In this document: positions 46,513 through 56,620 of the stretch, piece after piece | Layout of the letters: the number at the start of each line of letters is the position of its first letter | Numbering within the stretch: the stretch's first letter is position 1 | Source of the DNA: a virus | Strand: one strand, 5' to 3' | Length of the DNA: 64,000 nucleotides | Virus record (IMG/VR): IMGVR_UViG_3300035698_011327 | Location: 1 to 64,000 of that record | Translations under genes and position numbers: made by a program | Notes under the pieces: model-generated | Databases searched by the model: none | What the model was told of the DNA's origin: nothing | What the model saw: only the letters and a program-made list of their open reading frames with translations

Positions 46513-47213
46513 CAGAAAGGAAACGCCGATGTTGTAAATGTGGGTGTGGAGAGGAAGTAATGCCTGGTAACACTTGGATAAAAGGTCATAATATAAAAAA
46601 GAATGGAAACCCGTTCTTTGGTAAAGTGCGAAGTGGCAGACTAGCGCCTATGTATGGTAAAAAGTTTTCCGCTAGACATTGCAATAGAATAAGAAAGTCT
46701 AAAATAGGCACTAGCCTATCTGAAGAAACAAAGGTGAAAATAGGATTGGCATCTAAATCTAGTGAGAAATCAAAAGAATTTATTGCAATGATCGGGAGCT
46801 TTAGCGATGTCAATTCAAGAAAAGGTATTGCTTTATCAGAAGAGCACAGGTTAAAAATATCAACTTCTATGACCGGTGTTATATTTAGTGAAAGGCATAA
46901 GGATAACATATCTTTGTCTATTTCAGGAAATAAACACCCAAATTGGCAAGGCGGGAAGTCTTTTGAAGAATATTGTCGCACTTGGACTGATAGTGAATTT
47001 AAAGCATATGTCCTTGAAAGAGATGAGTATAAGTGCCAAAATCCATTATGCAACAAGACTTGTAAAAAGCTGTGCCGACACCATATAGATTATGATAAGA
47101 AGAACTGTGGACCAAGCAATATAATAACAGTATGCGTCTCATGTAACTCAAGAGCCAATTATAACAGAGAGTCTTGGCAAGAACATTATGAAGAGATAAT
47201 GGCTAATAGATGA
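46509..47213 (+). CDS. HNH homing endonuclease with NUMOD3 repeats
   Basis: CKCGCG, SEETK.KI, HPNWQGG, HHIDYDKKNC...CVSCN. Confidence 0.85.
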   Translation: MTERKRRCCKCGCGEEVMPGNTWIKGHNIKKNGNPFFGKVRSGRLAPMYGKKFSARHCNRIRKSKIGTSLSEETKVKIGLASKSSEKSKEFIAMIGSFSDVNSRKGIALSEEHRLKISTSMTGVIFSERHKDNISLSISGNKHPNWQGGKSFEEYCRTWTDSEFKAYVLERDEYKCQNPLCNKTCKKLCRHHIDYDKKNCGPSNIITVCVSCNSRANYNRESWQEHYEEIMANR

Positions 47214-48307
47214 TTAAAGAAGTAGAGATATCAAACTTCCAATCCCACAAGTACACCTTACTCCCGTTTGGGAAAGGTGTCAATGTGATAACCGGAAGAA
47301 CTCATTCCGGCAAGTCATCTATCGTAAGAGCTATAAGATGGGCCTTACAAAATAGGCCACAAGGAGATGGATTTAGACTTGATGGGTGTAAGCCAAAAGA
47401 CCCAACCTCCGTAGCGATCCAGTTCGATGATAATCAGCACATCGTAAGGGAAAAAAGCAAAAAGAAAGGAATCAACTTATATAGGTCATCTGAAAGTGAA
47501 GATCCATACGCAGCCCTAAAGACAAATGTCCCAGAAGAGATTCGCTCCATTACTCGCATGAGAGATGAGAATGTACAGTCTCAAGGCGATCCTTACTTTC
47601 TTATAGACAAGACACCAGGCAAGGTAGCGGAGGAAATAAACAGAGTCGTAGGCCTGAAGATAATCGCAGAGAAGCTGAAGAAAGCAAAGAAGATCGTGCT
47701 TGATGCTAACTCGCATGTAACCGTCCTTAACTCTCAAATAGAAACTGCTGCTGAAAGCCTTAAGTCTCCTGAGATGGAAGGGATAGATGACCTATACGCC
47801 CAAGCTATAGAGATTGAAGATGCGGACAAAGCACTAGACTTTATAGACAAGAACATCGAAGCTATCGAAGCTATCTTATCGCAGCTAGACGATGAAAGAA
47901 ACAATGTGAGTGAAAGTCGCTCTATCCTTAATATAAAAAAGAAGATGGATGCTTTTAAAATAGAATATCAGGCACACGTTAGGAGAATAGAAGAACAGAA
48001 GAAGATATCCGACACTATATATCTTCTTCACGGGTATGTCGATGACTCTATTATAGAAATTTCAGAGAATGCTGAAGAGACGATAGAAGAATTATCAGCA
48101 TTTACTGACAGGAGAAATACCTTGTTCGAGATTAAAGGGGTATACTCCGCTATTCTAAAAGAAAAACAATCCCTGCAAACGTGTGTCAGGGGCCTACAAA
48201 AGCTTGAATCGGATAGGATAGAGGCCGAAGATAAGGCGGGATATTGTACAAAATGTGGATCTTCACGTGAATACTGGGATCAAGAAAGGATAGATGATGA
48301 AGCCTAA
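47210..48307 (+). CDS. sbcC: SbcC/Rad50-like ATPase, N-terminal half
   Basis: SNFQSH, GVNVITGRTHSGKSS, Q-loop, coiled coil ending in CTKC; no Walker B. Confidence 0.8.
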   Translation: MIKEVEISNFQSHKYTLLPFGKGVNVITGRTHSGKSSIVRAIRWALQNRPQGDGFRLDGCKPKDPTSVAIQFDDNQHIVREKSKKKGINLYRSSESEDPYAALKTNVPEEIRSITRMRDENVQSQGDPYFLIDKTPGKVAEEINRVVGLKIIAEKLKKAKKIVLDANSHVTVLNSQIETAAESLKSPEMEGIDDLYAQAIEIEDADKALDFIDKNIEAIEAILSQLDDERNNVSESRSILNIKKKMDAFKIEYQAHVRRIEEQKKISDTIYLLHGYVDDSIIEISENAEETIEELSAFTDRRNTLFEIKGVYSAILKEKQSLQTCVRGLQKLESDRIEAEDKAGYCTKCGSSREYWDQERIDDEA

Positions 48308-48500
48308 AGAATTAGAAGCGATTGAAAAGGCACTTGATTTTGAATTAGGATACGGTAAATTTAAAGACAAGACGCTTGATGAAGTTCCGTCTTGGTACCT
48401 TAAATGGTTAGCTGGAAATATAAAGAACGATAGAGTTGCCATAATGGCAGACCTTGTATATGAATACAGGGAATCAACAAGCACCCATATTTGGGATTGA
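48294..48500 (+). CDS. DUF3820-like small protein
   Basis: GYGKFKDKTLDEVPSWYLKWL. Confidence 0.7.
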   Translation: MMKPKELEAIEKALDFELGYGKFKDKTLDEVPSWYLKWLAGNIKNDRVAIMADLVYEYRESTSTHIWD

Positions 48501-48513
48501 AAAGGAGAACGAA

Positions 48514-48924
48514 ATGTTGGAACGGTATTTTTATCTCAGGAAAGAAAAGACTGTAATCGATGAGGAAACTGGAAAGACCATACCGAATGGGATACATAGG
48601 TGTGGCGTAGTTTATCTCGTTATGAATGAAGGTGGCCTAACTGCCAGAGGCGTATCCCTATGTAACGGTGGAGAAGATCCATTCGTCAGGGATGATGGCT
48701 TTCTGAAAGAGAAAGGTGGTGAGTGGAAACCTTTCGTTGGCGGCTTGAAGCTGGCAAAGAAGCGAGCTATGAGAGCGCTGAATTCAAAAGCGAACTCAGA
48801 GCCAATCACGGGTTTTTCTGCTATAGAGAAAGTTTCAGTGTTCAATATCCTTGATAAGTCAGAGTATCTGCCTGTACTTAGCAAGTTTGAGCTGAAGATT
48901 CTTGAAGAGAAGAAAGAAGCCTAA
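48514..48924 (+). CDS. hypothetical protein
   Basis: ORF track 48454-48924; AAGGAG RBS favours ATG at 48514. Confidence 0.65.
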   Translation: MLERYFYLRKEKTVIDEETGKTIPNGIHRCGVVYLVMNEGGLTARGVSLCNGGEDPFVRDDGFLKEKGGEWKPFVGGLKLAKKRAMRALNSKANSEPITGFSAIEKVSVFNILDKSEYLPVLSKFELKILEEKKEA

Positions 48925-49490
48925 TGAAGATGCCAGCTGGCTTTAATAAAGGGGAAAACAACCCTATGTATGGTAGAAAAGTTTCTAAGGGAACAAGAGC
49001 TAAAATATCAAAGGCTCTCAAAGGGGCTGTTTTCTCCGACCAGCACAGAGCAAATATATCAAAAGCAAAAAAGGGTGTAAAATGGCCTGAAGGGATTCCA
49101 TACCCACAGACTGGTAAAAAATTATCAGAAGAGCATAAGTTAAAAATATCAAGGTCTTTAAAAGGTAAATTTGCTAAAGATAAAAATCCTAATTGGGGTA
49201 AATTTGGAAAGCTAAACCCTAACTGGAAAGGCGGCAAGTCTTACGAACATAGGCCGGCCATTTGGTTTAAGAAAAAATTCAGGGATAGCATTAAAGAGCG
49301 TGACATGTATAAGTGTAGGAATCCTAGCTGTGACGGGAAATCAATAACCTTGTGTATTCACCATATCGATTACGATAAGATGAATTGTAATAAAGGGAAT
49401 CTCATAACATTGTGCATGCCGTGTAACGCTAAAGCAAATTTTAACCGGGACTACTGGGAAGAATTTTACAGTAGAATCGTGATGGTGTAA
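48924..49490 (+). CDS. HNH homing endonuclease with NUMOD3 repeats
   Basis: NNPMYGRK, SEEHK.KIS, NPNWKGG, HHIDYDKMNC...CMPCN. Confidence 0.85.
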   Translation: MKMPAGFNKGENNPMYGRKVSKGTRAKISKALKGAVFSDQHRANISKAKKGVKWPEGIPYPQTGKKLSEEHKLKISRSLKGKFAKDKNPNWGKFGKLNPNWKGGKSYEHRPAIWFKKKFRDSIKERDMYKCRNPSCDGKSITLCIHHIDYDKMNCNKGNLITLCMPCNAKANFNRDYWEEFYSRIVMV

Positions 49491-49491
49491 A

Positions 49492-50409
49492 ATGGCACAA
49501 CTTATAGCCACGGGTGATTGGCACCTAACAGAGTATCGGCCTAGGTCAAGGAAAGACGATTACATATCGGCTATGATAGCAAAGATTAAATTCATAGCCG
49601 ATATGAAGGCTGACCGCATCCTTAATCCTGGAGATGTTACAGATAGTCACGAGTTTCCAGATAAGTTTAAAACCAAATGGATAAGCAGACTTAGTAAAAG
49701 GATCATCTGTGTTCCTGGACAGCACGACTTAAGATACCACACCTCTGGAATAGTGAATACACCTCTCGGTGTTCTTAGTGAGGCGGTAGGTTTTAAGATA
49801 ATCCATAATACCGATGGCCCTTTTACAATGCAGAAACATGTAAGAACGGCTCTTGGTAGCAAAGAGGTATCTGTCTATGGTGCGGGATGGAATAAAAAAA
49901 TCCCAGAGATAATAGACATGGAAGCTTACAACATCCTGCTTACCCATAGGATGGTGATAGAAAGCAAGCTTTGGGATAAGCAGGAAAGCTATGATGTAGC
50001 AGGTAGTCTTTTAAGAAGGAATAAATTCGATCTCATTGTAAGCGGAGATAACCACCAAAGCTTCCATTATGAGCGAGATGGCAAGATGCTTATAAATTGC
50101 GGAAGCCTGATGAGAAGCAAGATAGATCAAGTTGATCATAAACCTTGCGTTTGGGTAATTGACACTGATAAGAAATCATATGAGCAGATATTTATTCCAA
50201 TCGCTCCAGCCGAAGAAGTATTCAATGTCGAAGAAGTAGAGATCATAAAAGCAAGAAACAATAGGCTTGATACTTTAAAAGACTCATTTAAGAACAGAAA
50301 AAAGCTAACTGGGTTGGACTATAAAAAAAGAGTAATAAAGAGAACTGCAGAGTTAAAGCCGAAGGCTCTTACTAAGAAAATAATAAATGGCATAATGTCA
50401 GAGGCGTAA
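49492..50409 (+). CDS. sbcD: SbcD/Mre11-like metallophosphoesterase nuclease
   Basis: GDWH, GDVTD, GQHD, LLTH, GDNH, NCGSLMR. Confidence 0.85.
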   Translation: MAQLIATGDWHLTEYRPRSRKDDYISAMIAKIKFIADMKADRILNPGDVTDSHEFPDKFKTKWISRLSKRIICVPGQHDLRYHTSGIVNTPLGVLSEAVGFKIIHNTDGPFTMQKHVRTALGSKEVSVYGAGWNKKIPEIIDMEAYNILLTHRMVIESKLWDKQESYDVAGSLLRRNKFDLIVSGDNHQSFHYERDGKMLINCGSLMRSKIDQVDHKPCVWVIDTDKKSYEQIFIPIAPAEEVFNVEEVEIIKARNNRLDTLKDSFKNRKKLTGLDYKKRVIKRTAELKPKALTKKIINGIMSEA

Positions 50410-50416
50410 GGAAGCT

Positions 50417-50653
50417 ATGATAGAGATACATGATATAAAAACGATAGAAAGAAATATAAAAAAAGCCAGAAACAAAAAAGCATCAGCTGAGGGTGCTATA
50501 AAAGTGCTTTTAAAGCAGCTTAAGGATAATCATAATCTCGATAGCGTAGAAGATGCGGAAGTCTTTGTAGAGAAAGAAGAACGCAGACTTGCTGCTGAAG
50601 AGAAGAAGCTGAACAAGAAGCTTGATGTTTTAAAGGATGAATGTGGACTCTAA
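50417..50653 (+). CDS. small coiled-coil protein
   Basis: heptad pattern, between sbcD and the SbcC C-half. Confidence 0.7.
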   Translation: MIEIHDIKTIERNIKKARNKKASAEGAIKVLLKQLKDNHNLDSVEDAEVFVEKEERRLAAEEKKLNKKLDVLKDECGL

Positions 50654-51290
50654 TCTTCTTCAGGAAATAAAAGCAGGAATTGTAGAAGTGGTTGAAGAAA
50701 GGGATGCTCTTTTGCTAAGGGAGGAAAATCTTCTGAAGGAAAAGAAAGCCGCTGATGAATTTCTCACATGTGCTAAAGAAGCTCAGGCTATCCTATCATC
50801 AGTAGCCAAAGAAACTCAAGCTGATATAGAAGATCACCTAACAAATATCGTAACTATAGCCTTGGCTGCTGTGGAGTCCGACGATAGTAGCATACCAAAA
50901 CCTCCAGAGTTTGTAGCGAGGGTAGTTGAAAGAAGGAACACGATAGAGTGCGATCTGATGTTTAAAGAGGGTAAGCGAGAACAGCACCCTAAAGAATGCT
51001 CTGGTTTTGGATATGTCGATATAGCTGACTATGCTTTAAGAGTAGACTTCATTCTTCTTGAGCTTGAATACTCTGATGAGAATATAAGAAAGACACTTGT
51101 ATTGGATGAGCCATTCAGATTTGTCGATCCTTCCCTTCAATACAAAGTCTCTGAGATGCTTAACATGGTATCTGATGATCTTGGATTCCAGCAGATAGTT
51201 GTATCGCACGCTAAAGGCGTAAATAAAAATGCCGACACAACGCATAAGATAACGAAGGTCGGCAAACATAGTAAAGTGGTTACGGCCTAG
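50637..51290 (+). CDS. sbcC: SbcC/Rad50-like ATPase, C-terminal half
   Basis: coiled coil, signature-like CSGFG, Walker B LVLDEPF, H-loop IVVSH. Confidence 0.8.
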   Translation: MNVDSNLLQEIKAGIVEVVEERDALLLREENLLKEKKAADEFLTCAKEAQAILSSVAKETQADIEDHLTNIVTIALAAVESDDSSIPKPPEFVARVVERRNTIECDLMFKEGKREQHPKECSGFGYVDIADYALRVDFILLELEYSDENIRKTLVLDEPFRFVDPSLQYKVSEMLNMVSDDLGFQQIVVSHAKGVNKNADTTHKITKVGKHSKVVTA

Positions 51291-51363
51291 AGGGTTGGCG
51301 AAACGGCTAACGCATCGGGCTTTGGTCCCGACACCACAGGTTCAAGTCCTGTACCCTCTTCCA
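51289..51363 (+). tRNA. tRNA-Gln(TTG)
   Basis: cloverleaf, TCGGG-CTTTGGT-CCCGA, CCA. Confidence 0.85.
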
Positions 51364-51630
51364 TCATTTACTGACGATAGTGACAGTTATAGTCCTATCC
51401 TCTGTCCTAGTAGGCGTAACAATCCTATTGACTATCGTGTGAACATCCCCTATGGTTCCACCTGATAACCAGATAGTAGCAGTCTTAGTGCTGTTCGTAT
51501 CAGAGTCTTTTGTTATTCCTGTAGGGACTATCCATGTACTAGTGCTAATTACATCTCCATTTAACCAAAGCGTCCAATCAATTTGATAATCCATCACTGC
51601 ATCTGAGTCTTTTTCAAAATCACAAGGCAT
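51364..51630 (-). CDS. small virion adaptor-like protein
   Basis: KD.D...DY..DW..WL....I..STW....IWLSGG....R...RT pattern of phage structural proteins. Confidence 0.65.
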   Translation of the reverse strand: MPCDFEKDSDAVMDYQIDWTLWLNGDVISTSTWIVPTGITKDSDTNSTKTATIWLSGGTIGDVHTIVNRIVTPTRTEDRTITVTIVSK

Positions 51631-51638
51631 GGCCCCTC

Positions 51639-52955
51639 CTATACTTCTTTCTCTGTAATTGTCCTGCTTTCAAGGTTTATAACAAAAGTCCTATTTTCAT
51701 ATCTCACTTTACAGGCTCTGTCTTCAAATATCACAGCACATATATTTTTGAACGATGGCTCTCTTGATAAAACTACTACTATTCCTTCAACGATTGTTAC
51801 ATTGTCTGAGACTGATGGGACTGGGTCTGAACCTTCAACCTGAGCAGATGCTATTTCGCTTATCCCTATGTTGTCACGAGCATCTGCTAATATCTTTATA
51901 ATAGCTTCTGATATTTCACTTATTTCTATACTATCTTGAGCGCTAGCAAGAAGTCTATCAAAAAGAACCGTTAGGCTTGAATCGTCTATGACTATAGATT
52001 CAGAACTTAAAAAGCTAAAAGACGCATCCTCACCTATATCTTCAGCCAGGTTAACATCGTCTGATATTTCTATGACAATGTCTAACGCAGAGTTGTCGAT
52101 GACTTCTGATATTGTTATGCCATCGTTAGCTTCTATTTCAAGATCAACAGCTACAGTTGGTGTATCTGAAACTTCTATATCTTGACTAACATCGATTACG
52201 ATGTCAAGATTAGAAACATCTGGAGTTTCGCTTACTTCTATATTATCTGAAGCTGTGACGGATAAATTCACACCCTCAAGCTGAATAGTTGGTGTATCTG
52301 AAACTTCTATATCTTGACTAACATCGATTACGATGTCAAGATTAGAAACATCTGGAGTCTCGCTGACTTCTATGTTGTCGTCAGCTTCTATTTCAAGGCT
52401 GATATTTGCTTCTGGAGTCTCGCTGACTTCTATGTTGTCGTCAGCTTCTATAGATATGTCTACGCTAGCTTCAGGTGTGTCTGAAACTTCTATGTTGTCG
52501 TCAGCTTCTATAGATATGTCTACGCTAGCTTCTGGTGTGTCTGAAACTTCTATGTCTTGACTAACATCGATTACGATGTCAAGATTAGAAACATCTGGAG
52601 TCTCGCTGACTTCTATGTTGTCGTCAGCTTCTATAGATATGTCTACGCTGGCTTCAGGAGTTTCGCTGACTTCTATGTTATCTGAAGCTGTGACGGAGAG
52701 GTCTACAGCAGCAAGACCGGTGACTGTTGGGATTTCTGATACTTCTATGTCTTGACTAACATCGATTACGATGTCAAGATTGGATATGTCTGGAGTTTCG
52801 CTTACTTCTATGTTGTCGCTAACATTGACAGAAAGATCACCGCTGACACCGGCTTGTTCTAAATAGTTACCGCCACCTGGAATAAACACGACAGCGTCTT
52901 TCTCAGTATCTAGAACATTGCCGCCACCAGGAATAAAATATAAAGTATCAGCCAT
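51639..52955 (-). CDS. acidic 20-aa-repeat structural (fibre-like) protein
   Basis: about 11 well-conserved repeats of (D/S)DNIEVSETP..., visible as 60-bp DNA repeats at about 52140-52820. Confidence 0.7.
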   Translation of the reverse strand: MADTLYFIPGGGNVLDTEKDAVVFIPGGGNYLEQAGVSGDLSVNVSDNIEVSETPDISNLDIVIDVSQDIEVSEIPTVTGLAAVDLSVTASDNIEVSETPEASVDISIEADDNIEVSETPDVSNLDIVIDVSQDIEVSDTPEASVDISIEADDNIEVSDTPEASVDISIEADDNIEVSETPEANISLEIEADDNIEVSETPDVSNLDIVIDVSQDIEVSDTPTIQLEGVNLSVTASDNIEVSETPDVSNLDIVIDVSQDIEVSDTPTVAVDLEIEANDGITISEVIDNSALDIVIEISDDVNLAEDIGEDASFSFLSSESIVIDDSSLTVLFDRLLASAQDSIEISEISEAIIKILADARDNIGISEIASAQVEGSDPVPSVSDNVTIVEGIVVVLSREPSFKNICAVIFEDRACKVRYENRTFVINLESRTITEKEV

Positions 52956-54286
52956 TAGCTAATCACCACCACTGGATCAACGTACGCAACTTTTGATGCT
53001 ATCGCCAAATTTGCCCAAACAGTATGAACTCCAGCACCTCCACCAGTTACGGAAATACTTGCTTGTTCTTTTATAGGTGTGCCTAACCCTCCATCTGTCC
53101 ATGCTTCAGTGTTGTCTGTTAGTTGAGTAACGGCTGTGTCGAAATATGCTGGCTTTGTAGTCCATAATTTACCAAGCATCAAGTCAGTGCTTGCAACCGG
53201 AGCTTCAACTTCAATCCAAAATTCATCATTAACAAAGCCGCTTGACGTACCTGTGCCTTGTGAATCATGGATGATGTTTACTGTTATTGTCGGGTTAGCA
53301 GTGCAATATACTTCACAGAGTTTGAATCGTAATGGAGCAATATACTCGATAGCATGGGTGTTCGTAGTCATTTTTGCGGAATAGTCCGCACCAAGATTAC
53401 AGTAAGTATCGTGCTCTATATCACCATCATAATACTGCTCAAATAATTGGTATAATATGTCGGAGTCGGTACATGAGTGAACTTTTAAACTCCCTGCCAT
53501 ATTGGTTGGAGCCGCCGCTATCATCCCGGTAGTTGCTGGCAACTTACACCGTCTAAATTGGACATCGTTGAGCGTGTCATATGTCATAGACACAAGATTC
53601 TCACCCGTTGGAAGACTCGACATGTCAATGTCTGCAATAGTGGCTTTGGTTGATCTGCCGCTATCCCCAATTAAAAAGTGCGCAGCGCCTATGCTTGTAC
53701 CATTGAATAGAAAGGTTCCACCCTCCCACTCAAATCTACATACTTTGATTTTAACGTCTACATTGACCCCGCCAGCCAAAACTTCAAGAGTACAGTTGTC
53801 TATAAGGCGAATAAAGCAATCGGCCCCGAGGTTTCCGTCTGTCTTAAATTCTCTATCGAACGCAAACCAGCTATTCGACCATATCTGGGCATTACCGTCA
53901 CCAGCATAAAGAAAAACATCTTCACCACTACCTGCCCCATCGCCAGCTACAAATTTTGCACCGAAACCCAATATGCTACCATTTATTCTAATCCAGTTTG
54001 CCCCAGTGGTTTCAATTTTACCACCACCTGTCGCCATCGACTCATAGCTATCATCTGTCTTGTCAACTGACTTTATAATGTTAGGAGTGGCAATCGCCCC
54101 AGGAAAAGCATAGGTTTTATCTCCCGCACTTTGGGTTTCATAATGAATGCTGGCTATGTATAAAGTCTCACTTGCCGCCAAATCTACTAAAACAGCCGTC
54201 AATGTAGTATAAGAAATGGTTGAGCTATTCCATGTTGCATCGGAATCGTCTTGCAAAGTATCCATCCATAAATATCTATCAGCCAT
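52955..54286 (-). CDS. structural protein, possible beta-helix fibre
   Basis: 443 aa, Thr/Gly/Asp-rich, located in the tail module. Confidence 0.55.
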   Translation of the reverse strand: MADRYLWMDTLQDDSDATWNSSTISYTTLTAVLVDLAASETLYIASIHYETQSAGDKTYAFPGAIATPNIIKSVDKTDDSYESMATGGGKIETTGANWIRINGSILGFGAKFVAGDGAGSGEDVFLYAGDGNAQIWSNSWFAFDREFKTDGNLGADCFIRLIDNCTLEVLAGGVNVDVKIKVCRFEWEGGTFLFNGTSIGAAHFLIGDSGRSTKATIADIDMSSLPTGENLVSMTYDTLNDVQFRRCKLPATTGMIAAAPTNMAGSLKVHSCTDSDILYQLFEQYYDGDIEHDTYCNLGADYSAKMTTNTHAIEYIAPLRFKLCEVYCTANPTITVNIIHDSQGTGTSSGFVNDEFWIEVEAPVASTDLMLGKLWTTKPAYFDTAVTQLTDNTEAWTDGGLGTPIKEQASISVTGGGAGVHTVWANLAIASKVAYVDPVVVIS

Positions 54287-54664
54287 TTATTTCACCGCCG
54301 TTATTTTTACTGTTTCTAAATCAAGATTGTCTTTAAGTGTTACAGCATTGTTATAATCAGATTCTCCAATTAAAACCGCTTCATTTAAAGCTATCATCAA
54401 CTCTGACTTAGTAGCAAATTGTAGTGGATACCAAGATGCGCCTTGTTCCATCTTTTTTATCACTCCAGAGATTTCAAGGACTTTTAGCTGCATCTCAAGC
54501 TTTTGCTGTCGATCTTTTAAGAATTGGATCGTATCCGCTTTTAGATCAATATCGCAGCTGTTAATGTGCCTGCGTTTCAAGTGATCTGTGAAACAATACC
54601 GAATTTTTCGCTTACCATAAGCCTGTGGATGATCTTCTATTATTTCAGATTTTATGATCGTCAC
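54287..54664 (-). CDS. hypothetical protein (possible fibre chaperone)
   Basis: abuts the next gene; RBS GAGGGG. Confidence 0.55.
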   Translation of the reverse strand: MTIIKSEIIEDHPQAYGKRKIRYCFTDHLKRRHINSCDIDLKADTIQFLKDRQQKLEMQLKVLEISGVIKKMEQGASWYPLQFATKSELMIALNEAVLIGESDYNNAVTLKDNLDLETVKITAVK

Positions 54665-54676
54665 TGTGCCCCCTCA

Positions 54677-55432
54677 TCAAGGGAATTGCTGCCCTGTTGA
54701 TCTATCAATATGCTGACAAAATATAGACGTATCGCATAAAAGTGGATATTTCTTTCTAGCCAATTTATCCCATCCTGTTGCCTTAAGTGCTTTTTGCTCC
54801 ATCATCCTATTAAAAAAATAAAGGTCTTGAGTTCCTTGTTCGCTATGCGTCTTACCAGTCTCAGGATCGAACCAAGCTCTCTTAGGGGTCTCAAACACAC
54901 GCCTAGACTCTGTGCCATTAAGCATTGTATAAGGTTCACTATTCTCCCACATGTAAGCAAGAACAGGTACATGTATAAGGAGGCAGCCCATAGGAAGGCC
55001 ATCAGCCCTAACTTTATCACCAAGCTTCCATTTAAGATACGGCCCAGTCCCTCTCCCTCTAAAAATCAAAGGCTGAGAAGGGCTAGACTTTGTGTAGTAA
55101 AGTCCAGACACAACTGCTTCTTCCCCTTCTTCCATATACTTTGTAAATTTTAGAAAAGTGTCTACAGGTATCAAGACGTCATCTTCTACAAGAATCAGCC
55201 ACTCGACTCCCATATCAAGAGCCTTTTTTGTAATCATGTTATATGCGTCGTCTATCCAGTACCCGCACATTGTAAGATTTAAATCAAAAGATGTAGACTC
55301 CCAGTTGACTGGTATCATTTGACCATAACGCTTATGTGCCCATTCAAATCTTATCAGACCCTCTGTTGCTGTTGATATGAGAATCTTCCTTTTCCACTTT
55401 GTATCGCAATACTCTACCACTTCTTCATTCAT
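54677..55432 (-). CDS. GT-A glycosyltransferase
   Basis: WLILVEDDV, VVSGLYY, GLPMGCLLIH, GTQDLYF, DTSIFCQHI. Confidence 0.75.
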   Translation of the reverse strand: MNEEVVEYCDTKWKRKILISTATEGLIRFEWAHKRYGQMIPVNWESTSFDLNLTMCGYWIDDAYNMITKKALDMGVEWLILVEDDVLIPVDTFLKFTKYMEEGEEAVVSGLYYTKSSPSQPLIFRGRGTGPYLKWKLGDKVRADGLPMGCLLIHVPVLAYMWENSEPYTMLNGTESRRVFETPKRAWFDPETGKTHSEQGTQDLYFFNRMMEQKALKATGWDKLARKKYPLLCDTSIFCQHIDRSTGQQFP

Positions 55433-55892
55433 TGTTAGCCCCTTTTGCCTTTTGAAATGCTACTTCTATATCCCCCCACTTGTTCCAGAAAAGCCTCTCT
55501 ATTGTCCAAGGCTGCGGCTTATATACATCATAAAGCGGCAAGCCTTCAACGAAATATTGTGGAGTTGCTTCTATCCAAGATGTACAATGCGTCGGATCTT
55601 GATGCCATCTTGGTGATCCACCATACGGCGTAGATATAAGAAGATGGCCTTCATCTTCAAGTGCTCTCCAACACTCATCCATAAACTTGAACTGTAACCA
55701 AGGCTTAATGTGCTCAATGAGATGAGAGCATACTATGACTGCACACGAATCATCTTCAAGCGGCCAAGGGAACGACTCTATGTCGTGTACGATCTGGACA
55801 CCAGGCAAATCCCTAATGTCCATACCAACATAGCCCTTATTACAGTTTGCACCGCAGCCTAGGTCTAGCATAATCTTTTGTTTTAATTTCAT
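55425..55892 (-). CDS. class I SAM methyltransferase
   Basis: LDLGCG, GMDI, SHLIEHI, ECWRAL, QDPTH. Confidence 0.85.
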   Translation of the reverse strand: MKLKQKIMLDLGCGANCNKGYVGMDIRDLPGVQIVHDIESFPWPLEDDSCAVIVCSHLIEHIKPWLQFKFMDECWRALEDEGHLLISTPYGGSPRWHQDPTHCTSWIEATPQYFVEGLPLYDVYKPQPWTIERLFWNKWGDIEVAFQKAKGANNE

Positions 55893-55910
55893 GTTTGCCC
55901 CTTAATTAGT

Positions 55911-56372
55911 TTACGCTGTTGCGAATACCAACTGATACGTAGCGGATACACCTTGATTCGCATTCCAAGTTGAGCTAGCAAACGTATTCCCACAGCAGAT
56001 TGTAGCAGCTGTATTCCCTAAAGCAATATTGCTGATATTACATACGCCTGGATTATCAGTAGAAGCCCATGCTCTTGTCGCCTGTACAGTCTTAGATGTC
56101 TCAACGGACATAGTACAGGTACCACTAATCGTTGAGCCATCGAGAGCAGTGTGGGCAGCACCGGGAGCACTACCAGTGCCAAGAAGCATAGCCGTAAGCT
56201 GCTTTGATCCTCCTGCTCCTGCTACGCAACCACAAATAAAATCCTGAAAACCAAGGTTGACAACTTCGTTCTCACACCAACCAGAATCACCAACGATTTT
56301 CCTACCGTCTTTTCCTTCACCAATTTTGATTCTAAAGAATCCTCTCACTGGTGAAAATTCTTTTGTAGCCAT
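55911..56372 (-). CDS. tail-fibre/baseplate-associated small structural protein
   Basis: N.VVN.G......LGTG..P......L pattern. Confidence 0.5.
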   Translation of the reverse strand: MATKEFSPVRGFFRIKIGEGKDGRKIVGDSGWCENEVVNLGFQDFICGCVAGAGGSKQLTAMLLGTGSAPGAAHTALDGSTISGTCTMSVETSKTVQATRAWASTDNPGVCNISNIALGNTAATICCGNTFASSTWNANQGVSATYQLVFATA

Positions 56373-56620
56373 ACCCTTCCTCCTTTTTCAGCCCCTTCCC
56401 TATATCCTACTATAGGCTTAAAGGCGTTTGTAGATTGCAGACGCTCTGCATAGCCTGACAATCCGTCTTAAGTTAAACTCTTTCCCTCTATTTTATCTTT
56501 ATCAACTCTTTCCATATTCCATTTATTGCTTCGATGTTTCCGCATATTAAAATCGTAAGAAAGAATATCAGCAGCAATGTCACTGCTAAGCACCATCTTG
56601 CTGTTTTATCTACCGGCACA

